Source: Balanoglossus misakiensis
Taxonomy: Eukaryota; Animalia; Hemichordata
DNA: 64,000 bases
Assembly: GCA_040954595.2 (NCBI GenBank)
Contig: CM082578.2
Location: forward strand, 6,371,519 to 6,435,518
Reading direction: 5' to 3'
Within the stretch, counting starts at the first letter, position 1. The number at the start of each line of letters is the position of its first letter. Under the pieces are notes generated by a model. That model had not been told where the DNA came from, searched no databases, and saw only the letters and a list, made by a program, of their open reading frames with translations. Of the stretch, positions 37,725-50,800 are shown one piece after another. The translations under genes were made by a program, and so were the position numbers.

Positions 37725-40700
37725 AGTGACTTTGTTGTCTCGGACGGTGAAATGATGAGAAATATATAGGCCTGCAGAGATAATGGTTGACGCTATTTTG
37801 TATTGAGGGTAGGAGTAGAACAAGTAAAGTTAATGGCTCTTTCGTAAGCTGTTGTTTCTCATATATCTTACCTTATAATCGAATTTTAATCAGATTTTGA
37901 TGTAAAATAATAAATATGGTAGATTTAGCCCGGAGCTATTTCACTACTTTGGTTCATTTCTTTCACTTTTACTCATCCAAACATATTCTGTGCATAACCC
38001 CCCCCCCCCCACCCCACCCCTGCCCCAACAACGCACGAAATGCGCTGATCGTAAAAGTAATCACAAATCTTCGCTGTGTATTTATGCAAACGTTATGCTC
38101 TGTACTGTAGGATATTGGAGCGACATCGATCAATTTAGCACATGATTTAATGACCATTGCATTGGGCGGTTTAATCTAAATTTCGCCATTAGACCGATTT
38201 GCAACTGATGCATCATTTGTCTCTGAAAAGAATATTAAGGTAGAGCGCGCATCGGAAATCAAATCAAATCTTAAACTTTTTTCTCGTATTTTGCTGAATG
38301 GCAACTTTAGAGTTTTCTCTCTTAAAATTTAGAAAAAAAATGGGGATCGCCGTACGGAATTTTGAATGAGAGAGCGTCATTGCTTCAATTTTTTAATTTA
38401 AAAATGACTGCCATTGTAAAGTGGCGTTTTTGTAATGAAAACACGACGGAGATCACCCTGTTTTTCTTCAGTGTTTTCAAAAAGACTCACAGACTTTAAT
38501 ATATAAGAAAACTGGAAGGTTTGGTGGACTGTCAATTTGCTGAAAATCTGCCCCCCAAGGCATGCAAGTGCAAAAATCGCTCTTTTATAGATATTTGGAC
38601 TTGTCATCCCGTGCACAACCAGCTTTAGCCGTTTCCAAGGCGAAATCGGCTCAACAACATGATCGACGAAAGACGTATACGTTTACGTCGCGATGACACT
38701 TTTAAGGGCGGATATTGTCAATAAATCAAAACCACTTCAATCCATCGCCAATTTACTGTCGGATATTACAGCGGAAAACCAGAACATTAACACGACATAT
38801 CTGATTAATTTGTCGGTCACATATTTGTCTTAGACTTTCGTCACTAGAGTGTAGACAGTCATGTCGACGCAAAAAATCACACAGCGTGTAAGCTATCGAT
38901 CTTTACTTGCATGTTACCTTACTTCGAACAGTTTCTAAATTTAGCCTATTCGTCCGTGTCAGGAATTTATTCCCCATAGCCGGGGAGGGTGTATGCTAAC
39001 ATGCATTTTACTAATAAAATTGTAGAGGGTTCGTACTGCCCCCCCCCCCCCCGCAGAAGACACCCTCATTTTTGTTTCACCGAAAGGAAATCAGGTATTA
39101 AATCCCGTCTCTTCATATCGACTGTCAGGAAATATCCTGCAATTTAGGCATTTAATTCAATAAAAGTTCCTCCAATAGCACTCGGATCCAGAAATTTCTG
39201 GTTTAGGTAAAAACCTGTGATGGATCCACTGCGGGCAAGCGAATCTCTGCAGTGCGCGAGGGATGCATTGTGGGGGTATTTTAAAATTTTGGCACAGGGA
39301 TATGCAGACCCTCTGAATACCTGCGCTGAAACTACGACTTATCAAGCAAACGCTTATAGAATTTTCAGCCACTTACTAGTATAACGCTATTGCAACTAAC
39401 TGTCGCATACAAATCCACTCCAATACATGGATAGGTTTAACAGGCTGACCGGGACCCACTTCGAGACCAGAGCACCAAATTACTACTACCGGTACCCATG
39501 TCTGCGTAAATCTTGGGTGAAAGGGGGACCGAGTCAAACGGCACATACCTGTATAGGTCTGCCATCGGATACCCCTCCCCTGGGCTCTACTGTTCATAAA
39601 GGTAATGGTGAGATGACATGATACAAGAGCAGTTCCATGGCAAAAACTGCTGTCTGAAAGCTTTGTCGACGTGCTACTTGACCGAACATGCCTCACATCA
39701 CAGATCGAGAAAAGTTTATTTTTTCATAAGTGAAACAAACTAAACTGTAAGGTGTGTCAGCAAGATGTGCCCATGTACACTCCCCACTGCAGGTAACTAC
39801 AAAGAGTAGATACATCCATCAACTCTTCTCAGCATGACAACTCACAACTTCAGCCATTACAAACCACATCCAATACACACTCTGTGCTTTTATATACAAG
39901 TAAAGTACCTTTATTAAAATTTAATTATTGATGGGTACATAAAAATATTTTTTTTTTCATAATGTTAATACCAACAGTAATTTTCAATATATTTGAATTT
40001 CTAAATGCTAACTTTCTATAAGAGCATTTATCAAGCACCTGCCAGAGAAACTATCCAAATGCTTAAGTGGTTAAACGGTAATAAATGCAGCCAGCACAGT
40101 CATCCGTGTGATACCGGAAAGCTAAACTCTAAAAGAAGGCAGAGTGTTATGTCCACTTGGTACAGAATTCACGGAAAGTTTCAGAAAGATAAGCTGGGAA
40201 GAGAATTTCAGAGCACGGCTGAAAGTGGCAGGTGAAGGTTGAAACATGGAAAATCTAGCGGATGTTTTCACAGCAGATTGGGTGTTAATACATGTATATC
40301 TATCACTGCTACTACCTGTGTGATTGAGAATCAATTTTTCGTCTTCTAAATGCGACTATAAATTACCATTACTGTGTTAGACTGCTCATTGTGATAAATA
40401 CAACCATTAATTTCAGAATCTAAAGTACGTTTAAAGTGACTAAATGCAAAAAAAAATCAAATGCAAAATTCAGTTTAACAAGTTTTTGCAGGTCAAAATG
40501 GATACGAAAAATAGAGTGTTTGTTACTTGGCCTTGGAAGTATAGCAGCAGAAAGAATAGCACCACAGAATGTAAAACATTGCACCCGTGTAAAAAATATG
40601 AAGGTGACGTCTATTGCATATCTAAATCTCATCACTGTCAGAAATACACTTGTACTTGCAGATGTAAATAAAGAAAAATTTGATTGTCTTAAATAGTGTT

Positions 40701-41873
40701 TGTGGACCGTCAACAGGCAGTGATGTGATGACTCATCCGGTACATCAATTTACTAAAACTGTGAATGTGCTCAAATGTATGTAGACTACCTAAACTGAAA
40801 CCTCACTTTTAAGTGGCCATGTTTTCTTCACTCAAATTAAGAGCCCACTTTCTGATGACAACATCCCCAGGTCGGAGTTTCATTTGAATCACACAATATA
40901 CAGTATTTGTGAGCGAATGTACACTACCTACAATATCCGGTGTCATGGCTTTAAGCATACAGGAAAAAATATAACAATGCCGTGATATTTACAAAGGCAT
41001 GGTGACAGGATTACCAGTACCCCGAAAATTCCAGCACACGCAAAAAACAACAACATTTGAACCATATTTGGGAGTAAACCTCTGTGAGATGTCATAGGTC
41101 ATAGGGTGAGGGGTTCAAAGGTTAAACCAAAATGTCAAAAGGCAGTCACTCTGCTTCTCTAAGTAGCCATTTCACAGATGCTATGGTGTCCTTAATGATT
41201 GGTGTATTAAGGCCATGTAAATAAAAGTATTTGTTTCCGAACTCAGTGGTGCTGAGTTAGTGGTAAGTGTAACCGCACACCTTACAACACAGTGAAGGCG
41301 GTACAGGTCGTAAATTCAATTATCGCTTGAGTTACTATTATTGCCTTTGTGACGAAAGTATAAGCTGAATTTAATAAAATATACATTTTTTTTTCAAAAC
41401 TAATCTTAACTAAATGTACAATAATACAAGAATATAATTTAATATTAACTTTGAATACTCTGAGAATAATTGCATAGAGTGGGTTAGGAGGTAGGTGGGT
41501 AATGATGATGATGATGATGATGAACACAGAAATCATCGCAGGGCTACATGTAGTTGTTGATAGCCCAGGTGGTGTCGTTTGTGAGATCAAGTGGTTGGGG
41601 TTGGTCGTCTCCATGAGTGGATGAAGGGATACAGAATGGTGTTGGACGATGCCTGGTTCACATCAGAAGGTACAATGTGCCAAGAACACCGCATGAGATC
41701 CAGGTGGTAACACCACTGCGTAGACCAGAGAACACCAGGTGTACGTTGGACAGACCAGGTGTACGACCAGAGAAACCAGGTGTACCACCATATGGCACTG
41801 GCAGACGTCGTCGCGTGAGAGATGTTCCCCTTTTTGAGGCACCACTTCACACACACACACTCAGAGACGACGA

Positions 41874-44800
41874 TCACAACGTCTTGGTGGACGCCGTTTC
41901 CTGGACGCTGTGCAGCTGCTGGTCCTCGCTCCATCCGTAGCGCAGATGCTGCTGGTTCTGGATCTGCGTCTGCGCCAGCGGGTTGCGACTGATCACCAGC
42001 TCCAGCCTCTCCTCGGCGTCCGCTATGAGGGGCACCACCATGCAGCAGTCGTAGTCCCGGGTCCTCGTGTGGTTAACCTGCAAGTCCCGCAAAAAAACAT
42101 GGAGAATCAGTCAATCAGAAGTTTTCGGGGTGACACTTTCCAGCCAACCAAATACATATTTTTTCGGGGTGACATTTTTTAGTCAACCAAATACACAAAC
42201 GTACCAAATTTAAAAGTACCAGTGTTCTCATTTGCAATGATTTTGAGCCGAACAGGATTATCATATCAATTGGTCCATTTGGATCTCATGTAAAATTGTA
42301 ACCTGGTCATGGTCCGAAAATACTAAAATAATTTTAGATATGTGCCATATACAAAGATTCATCTTTGCTGCCAGAAAAAAATGTCAAAAGAAAATAACTA
42401 CTTTTTATTGCACTTATGCTTGTTTCAATTCAAATGACTCCATCAGCTAATCAATTATGAACAGAAATACGTGATTGGCCGGAAACCTACAAAACTCCAC
42501 ATACTGACCTGCAGGATCCTATCAAATGCATAGACATTGCCGTTTATGGCTGCAGGACCGCCTGACCTCACTGAGTTCACGTAGACCCCTCTCTCGTAGA
42601 GCCCATCCGAGACACTGAAGCCGAAATCATCGTACTGCCTGTCCTTGTACAAGGTGACCTTGTGGAGTTCGATCGGCGTCGGAGAATACAGGTCCTGCAT
42701 TTCGTCCGGCACAGTTTTGTTTGGAGCTCTGGTGTCGATTGTCATCGCACGCCTCTGCGATCTGTCCTCCCGGGGTTTGCTTCCGGCCCTCCCCGCAGTC
42801 GCGTACGACCTCCCGGGGAAGTTGCCGGCCAGCGCCGGATCCTCCATCAGTTCTCTCAGCATGTCCGTCTGTCCGCACTTCTCCAGATCCTTGAGCGCCG
42901 CCGTCCATATGTCGTCGCTCTTCTGGTCGTTGCCGGCCCGCTCGTCCGGATCCGAGCTCAGGGCGTCGGAGCTGCCGCAGCCCCGACCGCTGTGGCACGA
43001 CGTACTCTGCAAGTCCCACTCATCGTCGTCTTCGCTCCCCCCTCCTCCCCTCTCCTGCGGGAACTTCCTCCCCATGGGCTTGCTCTTCCGGGGCTTCTGC
43101 GGCCTGGCCGGCCTTCCCTGCCTCTGCTGACCCGTCCCCGGGTTTCCCTGCCCCTGGTTCCTTCCCGCGTTTCCGTGGTGACCCGCCACCATGCTCGGGT
43201 AGCTGTGGTAACCGGCGTCCAGTCCCGAGCCGTCCCATGATTCCACGGCGCTGTCTGCGCTCGTCATTGGTGTGCTGTGGTGGTATCCTCGTCTGTTGGT
43301 GCCTCGATGTGATTGGCTGTCTAACTCCAGGTTTTCATAATCGCTCATGACAGCTGAGTTCATGGTCTTTGCAGGGAAAAAAAGGTAGGTGTTAGAAGAG
43401 ATCCCAAACACTAACACAACTTCTTAATTCTAATCTTCTTGTGCTTTGATATACTAGTACTTAAAAAATACCAGGATCAATCAAGACACAACTCAACATG
43501 AAAAGTAAACCATATCTTTGATCATCTCATTTCCAACTTATGAAATTACCTTTCTCTTATTTCCTAATTAGCATGTTGTGGATGTATTCATCAACAGATA
43601 ACACCAAACTGTGTGATTCATCATATTGATTCAAAACCTCCAGTGCTGCTACCATACATACATGTACAAGGTCGTACAAAATCTGACAATTTTGTGTGAT
43701 TTTTGCATGCATTATAACTTCAATCTCTGGCACAATACATTACAACTTAACACAGCATTACAACACTTTACGACTTCTAATCGAAGCTATCAGAACATTT
43801 GCGATGATCTCTAACATTTCTAACTGAAACTTTTTACACAGAGTTTTGTGAACTTTAAAACCAAGCTTCTTGCTCTCATCATTCTAACCTGGCTCTACAA
43901 CTTCACCCGCTCGGATCTAAACTACCGCAATCAGATCTATCCTCTGCCATTCCCTTTCTAACCTCTCTAAGTCCCTCTCTCTGTCGTATAATTGCAGCAG
44001 TACCTGGGGGAAAACAGCAACATGGATGACACACAAGCTGCGAACAGATGGATCGGCCATTTTCATGACCTCCACGTGACCTTACATCCTGGTATTTCTG
44101 TTGGCAAGGCTCTGTTAGTTTTAGTTCCAACCCAACACAACTGCCAACCCCTGTTCAATGAATTCTGTTCAAAATTCCAACTCACAAGCAAAAATTTATA
44201 TGTTTCTTGCTCAAAACTTTCGACTTACAACTGCCACATACTACCAGAAATACAAGGATGTAAAGTCACGTACTATGTGTCATGTAAATGATCAAATTCA
44301 TGACTATGCAACGAGACATTTAAGAAATCTGATCACACATTATAGTCAAATAAAACAAAGAACAGCTAACCAGATGACAGTTTAAGTTCCACAGTCAAAA
44401 TCAGAAAGTATTTTAGGATGTACACGCAGATTGTAAACTTTGTTAAATATTTCGCCCATAGACAAACCTTTGGTGAATAAATGCTGATTCAGCAGTTTTT
44501 TTCAATCATTGACTAAATTCTGAGAATACAATCGCCGTGACCCCTATTTCTTTGTTAAAGATTTTCATTATGCTCACGAAGGAGAAACAAAATAATCCAG
44601 AATTAAAAGAAATGACAATACTTCCAATTTTATCGATCATACATCCATAATTTTTTTCCCCTAAACCACTGATACGTTCACAACTCCATCAGGCCAGTCC
44701 CTTACCTCTGTTGCCGTGCTGCCACTGACCCCGTGTCTCTGGACCTTCTGCTGGCCTTGTTTGCAGATCTTCAGATTGACCGTGTCGCCCGCAGTCTGCA

Positions 44801-47800
44801 GCAACCTGATGGCTTCTGAGAGAGGCTGGCCGCGCAGACTGATGCCGTTGATGGCCAAGATCAGGTCCCCCACGTGAATTGCACCAGTCCTGTTGTGAAG
44901 AGTGGAGTTTCACTGTGTTATTTAGACAAGCATGTTGACTTGTAGGGTTAGCCACACAAAATATGGCCGTGTGGTTCTGTGTGCGATATCGATGCATTGG
45001 GTGAACTGTAGGAAAGTGCAATACCTCCAGAGTACAGCAGGGTATTAATCTATTTTGTGTTTTGGGGAGAGAGTTTAAATTTCCACTTGTGACCACATGA
45101 CGGCAGCCAGTGTGCCCCCAACAAACATTATTTTTAAAAGCTTTGAGTCAATTTGAGGGTTTCTAAAAATTTCTCTGAGTCAACTATCCCTATACTTTAC
45201 ATGTACCCCAGTATTGTGGATAATTTTCTTGAGTCACCTGTGAGTTTGTTGAGTTGTGGCCCGTCATATGGGCTTAGAGGGCACAATGATGGCAGCAGCA
45301 GTCAATGAAAAGTACAATGACCACCCTTACAGGGGAAAACATAATAGTCTACCTTTCAGCCACTCCACTTTCAGAGAGTCCGGATATCACCACAGGATCC
45401 AACGGTTCCTCAGTCCCGGATATCGTCACTCCCAACGGACCGCCGTGTTTCACCAGCTCAACTGAGTACACAACAGAACCACTGCCAGGTTCATCTGTCA
45501 TTAAAAAATACATGTGAAGATGATAAACAAAACCAGGAATTCAATCAAACAGTACAAGCAAAGCCATGCCCATAAAATGGCCAGCGAACTACGCAACTAT
45601 AGACATGCTCATTCACATGTATTCGGTTATATCACTATCACATGTCCACATTTCCTGTTGATCAAATACTGCAGTAACCTGTGCGGGACATTTTATTCCG
45701 GAATAGGACTGTCGGACTCACCAGAAAACCTCTCATCTTTCTGCACCCTCAATTTGACGATCTCATCACACTGATCTAAAATCTGTGCTGCATCCTCCAC
45801 TGAACAGTTGTCCAACGGAATCCCATCAATGGCCAGTAATCTGTCTCCGGGTGACAGGGTACCAGTCCTGCAACATCAGAACACAAAAGACAGAATGTGA
45901 CTTTTGCCTCCTGGGATAACATTTCAGAACTTCGTCATGCATGTGTGCCATTTGTATTTTTCAAACATTTTCAGTTGAACTACACCGTCATCAATATTTT
46001 GATCATAATATGACATGAAGAAATTATGGCAGATTTGGGGTTGGTCATTTGGTGTAAAAAAACCAACATTTTATGATAAGAAAACACTGATAAATTTCAC
46101 TGCAATTGCACATTTGAATCTTTGATATTCTGAGTCGGTTGCTAGGCTATCAATGTTGAAATTGGAATGGACGGGTTGTGTCTATTCTTTCAAACCACAA
46201 AACTACATGCTGGCTCTGATAAATGACTTAGACTCATCTTAATAGACAAAGTCTGGGTGCAGTGACATACCTGTGGGTAATGCTGCCTTTCTTAACATTT
46301 GAAATCACCAGTGGGTCTCCAGCTTTTCTGTTCTTTGGGGCTGTTTGCAGGAAGAATATCAGGCAAGGTGTTACTTACAGACAATAAGATTATTTTGGGT
46401 GACTTCAAACTAGACTTCCATTGGTTGTATACCAGCAATGCGAACAGAGTCAAGCTGTCATGGATATGAAATTGATCCCTCTATATTTGCAAATGGTGTA
46501 TATTTAATAAACACTATCACAAAATAACAATGAACAGCTTTGTGAAAGACAAATACAGCAAGGTAAGTTAGTACTTTTGAAGTGGTTTCTGGAATTACTT
46601 TGAAGTACTTGTATCTAATCTCAAATACACAGGACTGTAAACGAACACAGAAGACTCACCACTTATCGTGATTCCAAGTCCGCCCTCTGTCTTGGGTAGT
46701 TTGACATGGAATGTGCCACTGCTTGGAACTACTGACTCTGTAGGTGGACAGAACAATGGGATGTCATAAAAGTTTCTTGAAATATTAATTTCCCTGGGGC
46801 AGATGAAAGAATTGATGTTCAGCTAGTTTGTTGCACCCGTTTATTTGACTGATTCCAGGGACACTGGCAGTATTTGGGTATACTCAACAGCTCTGCCTTA
46901 GTTTCTAGGTGCGGTGACAATCTTCCTATGATACCCACAAATTTTCTAGCCCCTCACCTGCTATGTCAAATTCTGTTTCTATGTTGCAGCGTTGACCCGA
47001 TTCCCTAAGTAGCTGATTGGCTTCATCCAGCGTGCCATCCTCCGTGTAAATGCCATTAACAGCTATCAGCCTGTCCCCTGGCTGTATCACACCACACCTG
47101 CAATGGAATGCACAAGCATACAACAGTATGTCACATTGGGACTGAGCATTTCGTAATGCACTATACAGAGTACATCGAAAAAACTTGGACAAACTGAGTG
47201 TCAGTTACCAGACTGTAAGCAGATTTGGACTGGTTGGTGCATGGGTAAAAAAAATCTCAAATAAATACTCATGAGATATCCCACACCATGATGTTTCACC
47301 TCTGTGCGTGCGGCACTGAGAAACATGAACAGCGCCACCACAGGTAATAAATCCTAATTTCACTGCTTTTGTGAAAGATGCAGAAAATGCCCAATTGCTG
47401 TATAACCCTTTCACCCCCAGTACCCTCTTTAGACGTCCAACATCACCATAGAAAACAATGGATTTGGACTGGACCATAGTGGTTAAAGTGTTAATGATAA
47501 ACCCACCTCTCCGCCGCACTGCCAGGTTCCAAGAAACTAATAATCGGAGGTGAACTAAGGATCTCTGTAGCGAAGACTCCCCCTTGAAGCGAAATACCAA
47601 AGTCTCGGACGGACGACTCCAGAAGAATCTCTGTGGTCTCCGTCCGGCATACTTGGCCCGAGGCCATTAAACCATTGTAGCTGGATGCCAGAGAAGCTGG
47701 GTGAAGAAGATATTTGGATTATTTTAAAGATGGAATTACATCACAGTGATTGTATAACTGCACGGATATCACTGGCAATAGATGCAGTCCACTGTTTCCT

Positions 47801-50800
47801 TTCACTAATTTTTGAATGGTACCTTGTGAAAAATGTTGTAATGTTCCTTTATTATGTTCAAGTCAATTCACTGACAATGAAACAAACACTACACAATGTT
47901 ATGGGTAAGAATCAGTATGAATAGCCCAGCTCAGTCATAGTTTTCTACTGCCTTTATCATCAAAACTGTGTCTGGCCATGAGCACAGGATTTTGCTTATT
48001 TTAGTAAAAACCCAAGTTGCTGCAAAAAGTCTCTACTAAAAACAAAGCATTTTCAACATGTTACAAAAGGCTTGTACATCCACCACGTTGGCAAAATACA
48101 ACAAGAATGTGCCAATTTGTCTAAAAAAAAATACCCCAATGGCACTACAAGTGATTTTTCAGTTTCCTAACACATACAGTGAAGTCGTCACCAAGAAACC
48201 ACTTATTATTTTAGACTTTGTTTCTCCTTTGAATGTTGATAAATACAACCCATGTATACACCAAGTCTTCAAAGTGAAAAGGTTGTCACAGAAACATGAT
48301 ACGGTCCACTTAGGATCTGAAAAGATTTCTCTAACTAGAGCTTACTCGTGTTTACTTTTGTAATGAGTTTGGTATCCCTGTTATTTTTAAACCACTGCCG
48401 CTAATGACCCACAGTTTAGAATGGTTTACATAACCAACCCCTATGCAATTAAACACAGACGCATGCCCCAAAGGATTCCTTGTAACTGAAATGCTGTAGA
48501 TTTGATAATTTAGAAATCATTCAACTAGGACAGAGCCTCTGATGAGCCATAGGAGTGATGACAGAATGACTAGCAAATAACCTTTCAGTTAGTCCTCCTC
48601 GCCAATATGATTTTTTCCCCATTCATTCATCCATTCATTCATTCATTCATTCATTCATTTTGGTTTGAGCTGACTTACCACTGACAATTGTAAATGTCTT
48701 ATAGAATTAACAACAATCTAATTCTTCTGACTTTAACTTAAAACTCAGTTTGGCAATAATTAAACGCACACATCGACCAGCTCTGCGTTGTTCAGTCATC
48801 TCCTAACCTCTGGACTGTGCAAACAACTACTCAGATTTGAAATCTGCCAACAGTCAGACTCACCATTTGAGTTTTGTCGCCTCGATCTAGGACCACTGCC
48901 ACTTCTACTCAGCTTTCTCCTTCCCAGCGTACTTCTCAATGTTCCTGAACTATAGACTGTGGGACAACCCCGGATAGCGGCCGCAGGTGATACACTGGCA
49001 AGCACCATTGCTGTGGGATATCAACGTCAAATTTTGTACAGTTCAGTGGCCGAGATAAAAGTTACTGAAAATTGGCAGTGAGAATATCTGTCACATAATG
49101 ACAGTGATCTACTGTTTGCCAAATTTTAAAGTTTGTTTTACATACATGTACATGCACAAGTAAATAAAATGAGTATATTTCTGTGTAAAATCATAAAATT
49201 TTGTTGTTAATGCCATTAAAATGCTCATAGACAAAGCATCTTAAAAGATTGATGCTAAATAAATCTTATTTTCTAGAAAGGTTCATGTGTCTGCCAAAGT
49301 GGTACAGCAAAGAACTGAGTCTTGAATGAACTGGCGGAAAGGTTAAGGGTCTGATTTATTTCCGTGTGAAATTTAGACATCTACATTGTATGTCTCAGTG
49401 CCAGACTCGGACCGATACAAGTACACGCGACTTCACTACTTCATAACATAAATTTCACAGGCAAAAACAGGGATTTTCAACAAATAAACTTACAAGAATT
49501 GACTTCCGGGGACATTCTGAATCTTGGCAGTATTTGACTGATGGGGAAGATTTCGAGTTTGATCTGATCCGAGGCATTCAGCAGGAACTGGGTTGCCTCG
49601 GCGACGCTCATCTGGGACGTGTCGATGCCGTCGATGGATCGGATTTCATCGCCGACGTGTAAAGCACCACATCTGTGTAAACAAATGCAAGACAAGAGAC
49701 TCTCGTCAATAAATGATATTTTGTGGAAAAAAAAGAATAATGGCTTAAAAATGATTGATGTAACTGGTGGGTGTCATGGATATATTTGCTTCCTTTTGAA
49801 AGACAGATATAGAAAGTCTGGAATGTGGCTCCAGGATGTGGCCGACCAACAAGGCTTATGAAGCTACATTGTAGCTGCAAGCCTCAGTACAGACGGTCTA
49901 CTAGCTAGCCGTGTAAAGAATAAAGGCATCCCATGGCATTTCGTCTGATAGTGGCATTATTGCCAGGCCGAAGTCTCGAAATTTTCCGATTAACTGCAAA
50001 AAATGTTGTTATATACCCACACAACCAGCTAATCAGAGGCAGATAATAGCTCTGTGTCTGGTGCGGTAAATAGCTATGTGTGGGGTGACTGATGAAGCCA
50101 TGTGGCTGAATCAATGCTTCACTATACTGGACCATCCCTGGAGATGCTCAAAATGCACTCAGCTAAAACCGATAGCTGACAGGAGTTAGCATATACCCCA
50201 TACATTTTTTAAGTGGGCCTGTGGCTGCCGATAACAGTGAGACTTACCTGTCAGCAATGCTGGCTGATTTAATGGAGTCTATTACGATGGCTATCCTGCC
50301 ACCGTTGGTGATGGAACTCAACGTCACTCCCAGATTAGTGCCGGGCGTTTTGGCCACTTCTATCAGCAGGGGCCCGGTAGCATTTGTCACAGCATCTGGT
50401 ATTTCAGAAAAATCAAAAAGAGATTTTAATTTCTGTCATCTTCTAAAGAATGCTCACAATACGACTGGACTAAATTTACATCACACTGCAGCATGCATCT
50501 AGTCAAGACGGTGGACTGTATCTACAGTTCTTGCCAAGTCTGTGTACAGAGGGAAACTGGGGTGAGAATGTTGTCTATCCCAGCAAGCAAAATGCCGTCT
50601 TTGTGGAAATTTTTGTGACCTTGCATTCCTGGAAGGATTTTTCTCCACAGCCATAGCCAGGCATAAGTAATGCCATGTGCTGACTGCCAAATGCATGTAC
50701 AACTTGGACTTGGAGCAGAATCCTAAAGTATTGGCATTTGTTCTGACAAAAACTGTAGATATTGGATTGGGTGAAGTGCTCAGGATGCTTACAGGAGTCT

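Noticed and set aside
38235-38921. Possible Kolobok-like element (TTAAGGTAG...TACCTTA)
   Set aside because: Right end too degenerate to define TIRs or a TSD.
41722-41786. Short imperfect repeats (accaggtgtac) in the GRIP 3' UTR
   Set aside because: A degenerate minisatellite with no evidence of function.
42627-43240. Alternative-frame and antisense ORFs over the large GRIP exon
   Set aside because: By-products of a GC-rich coding exon.
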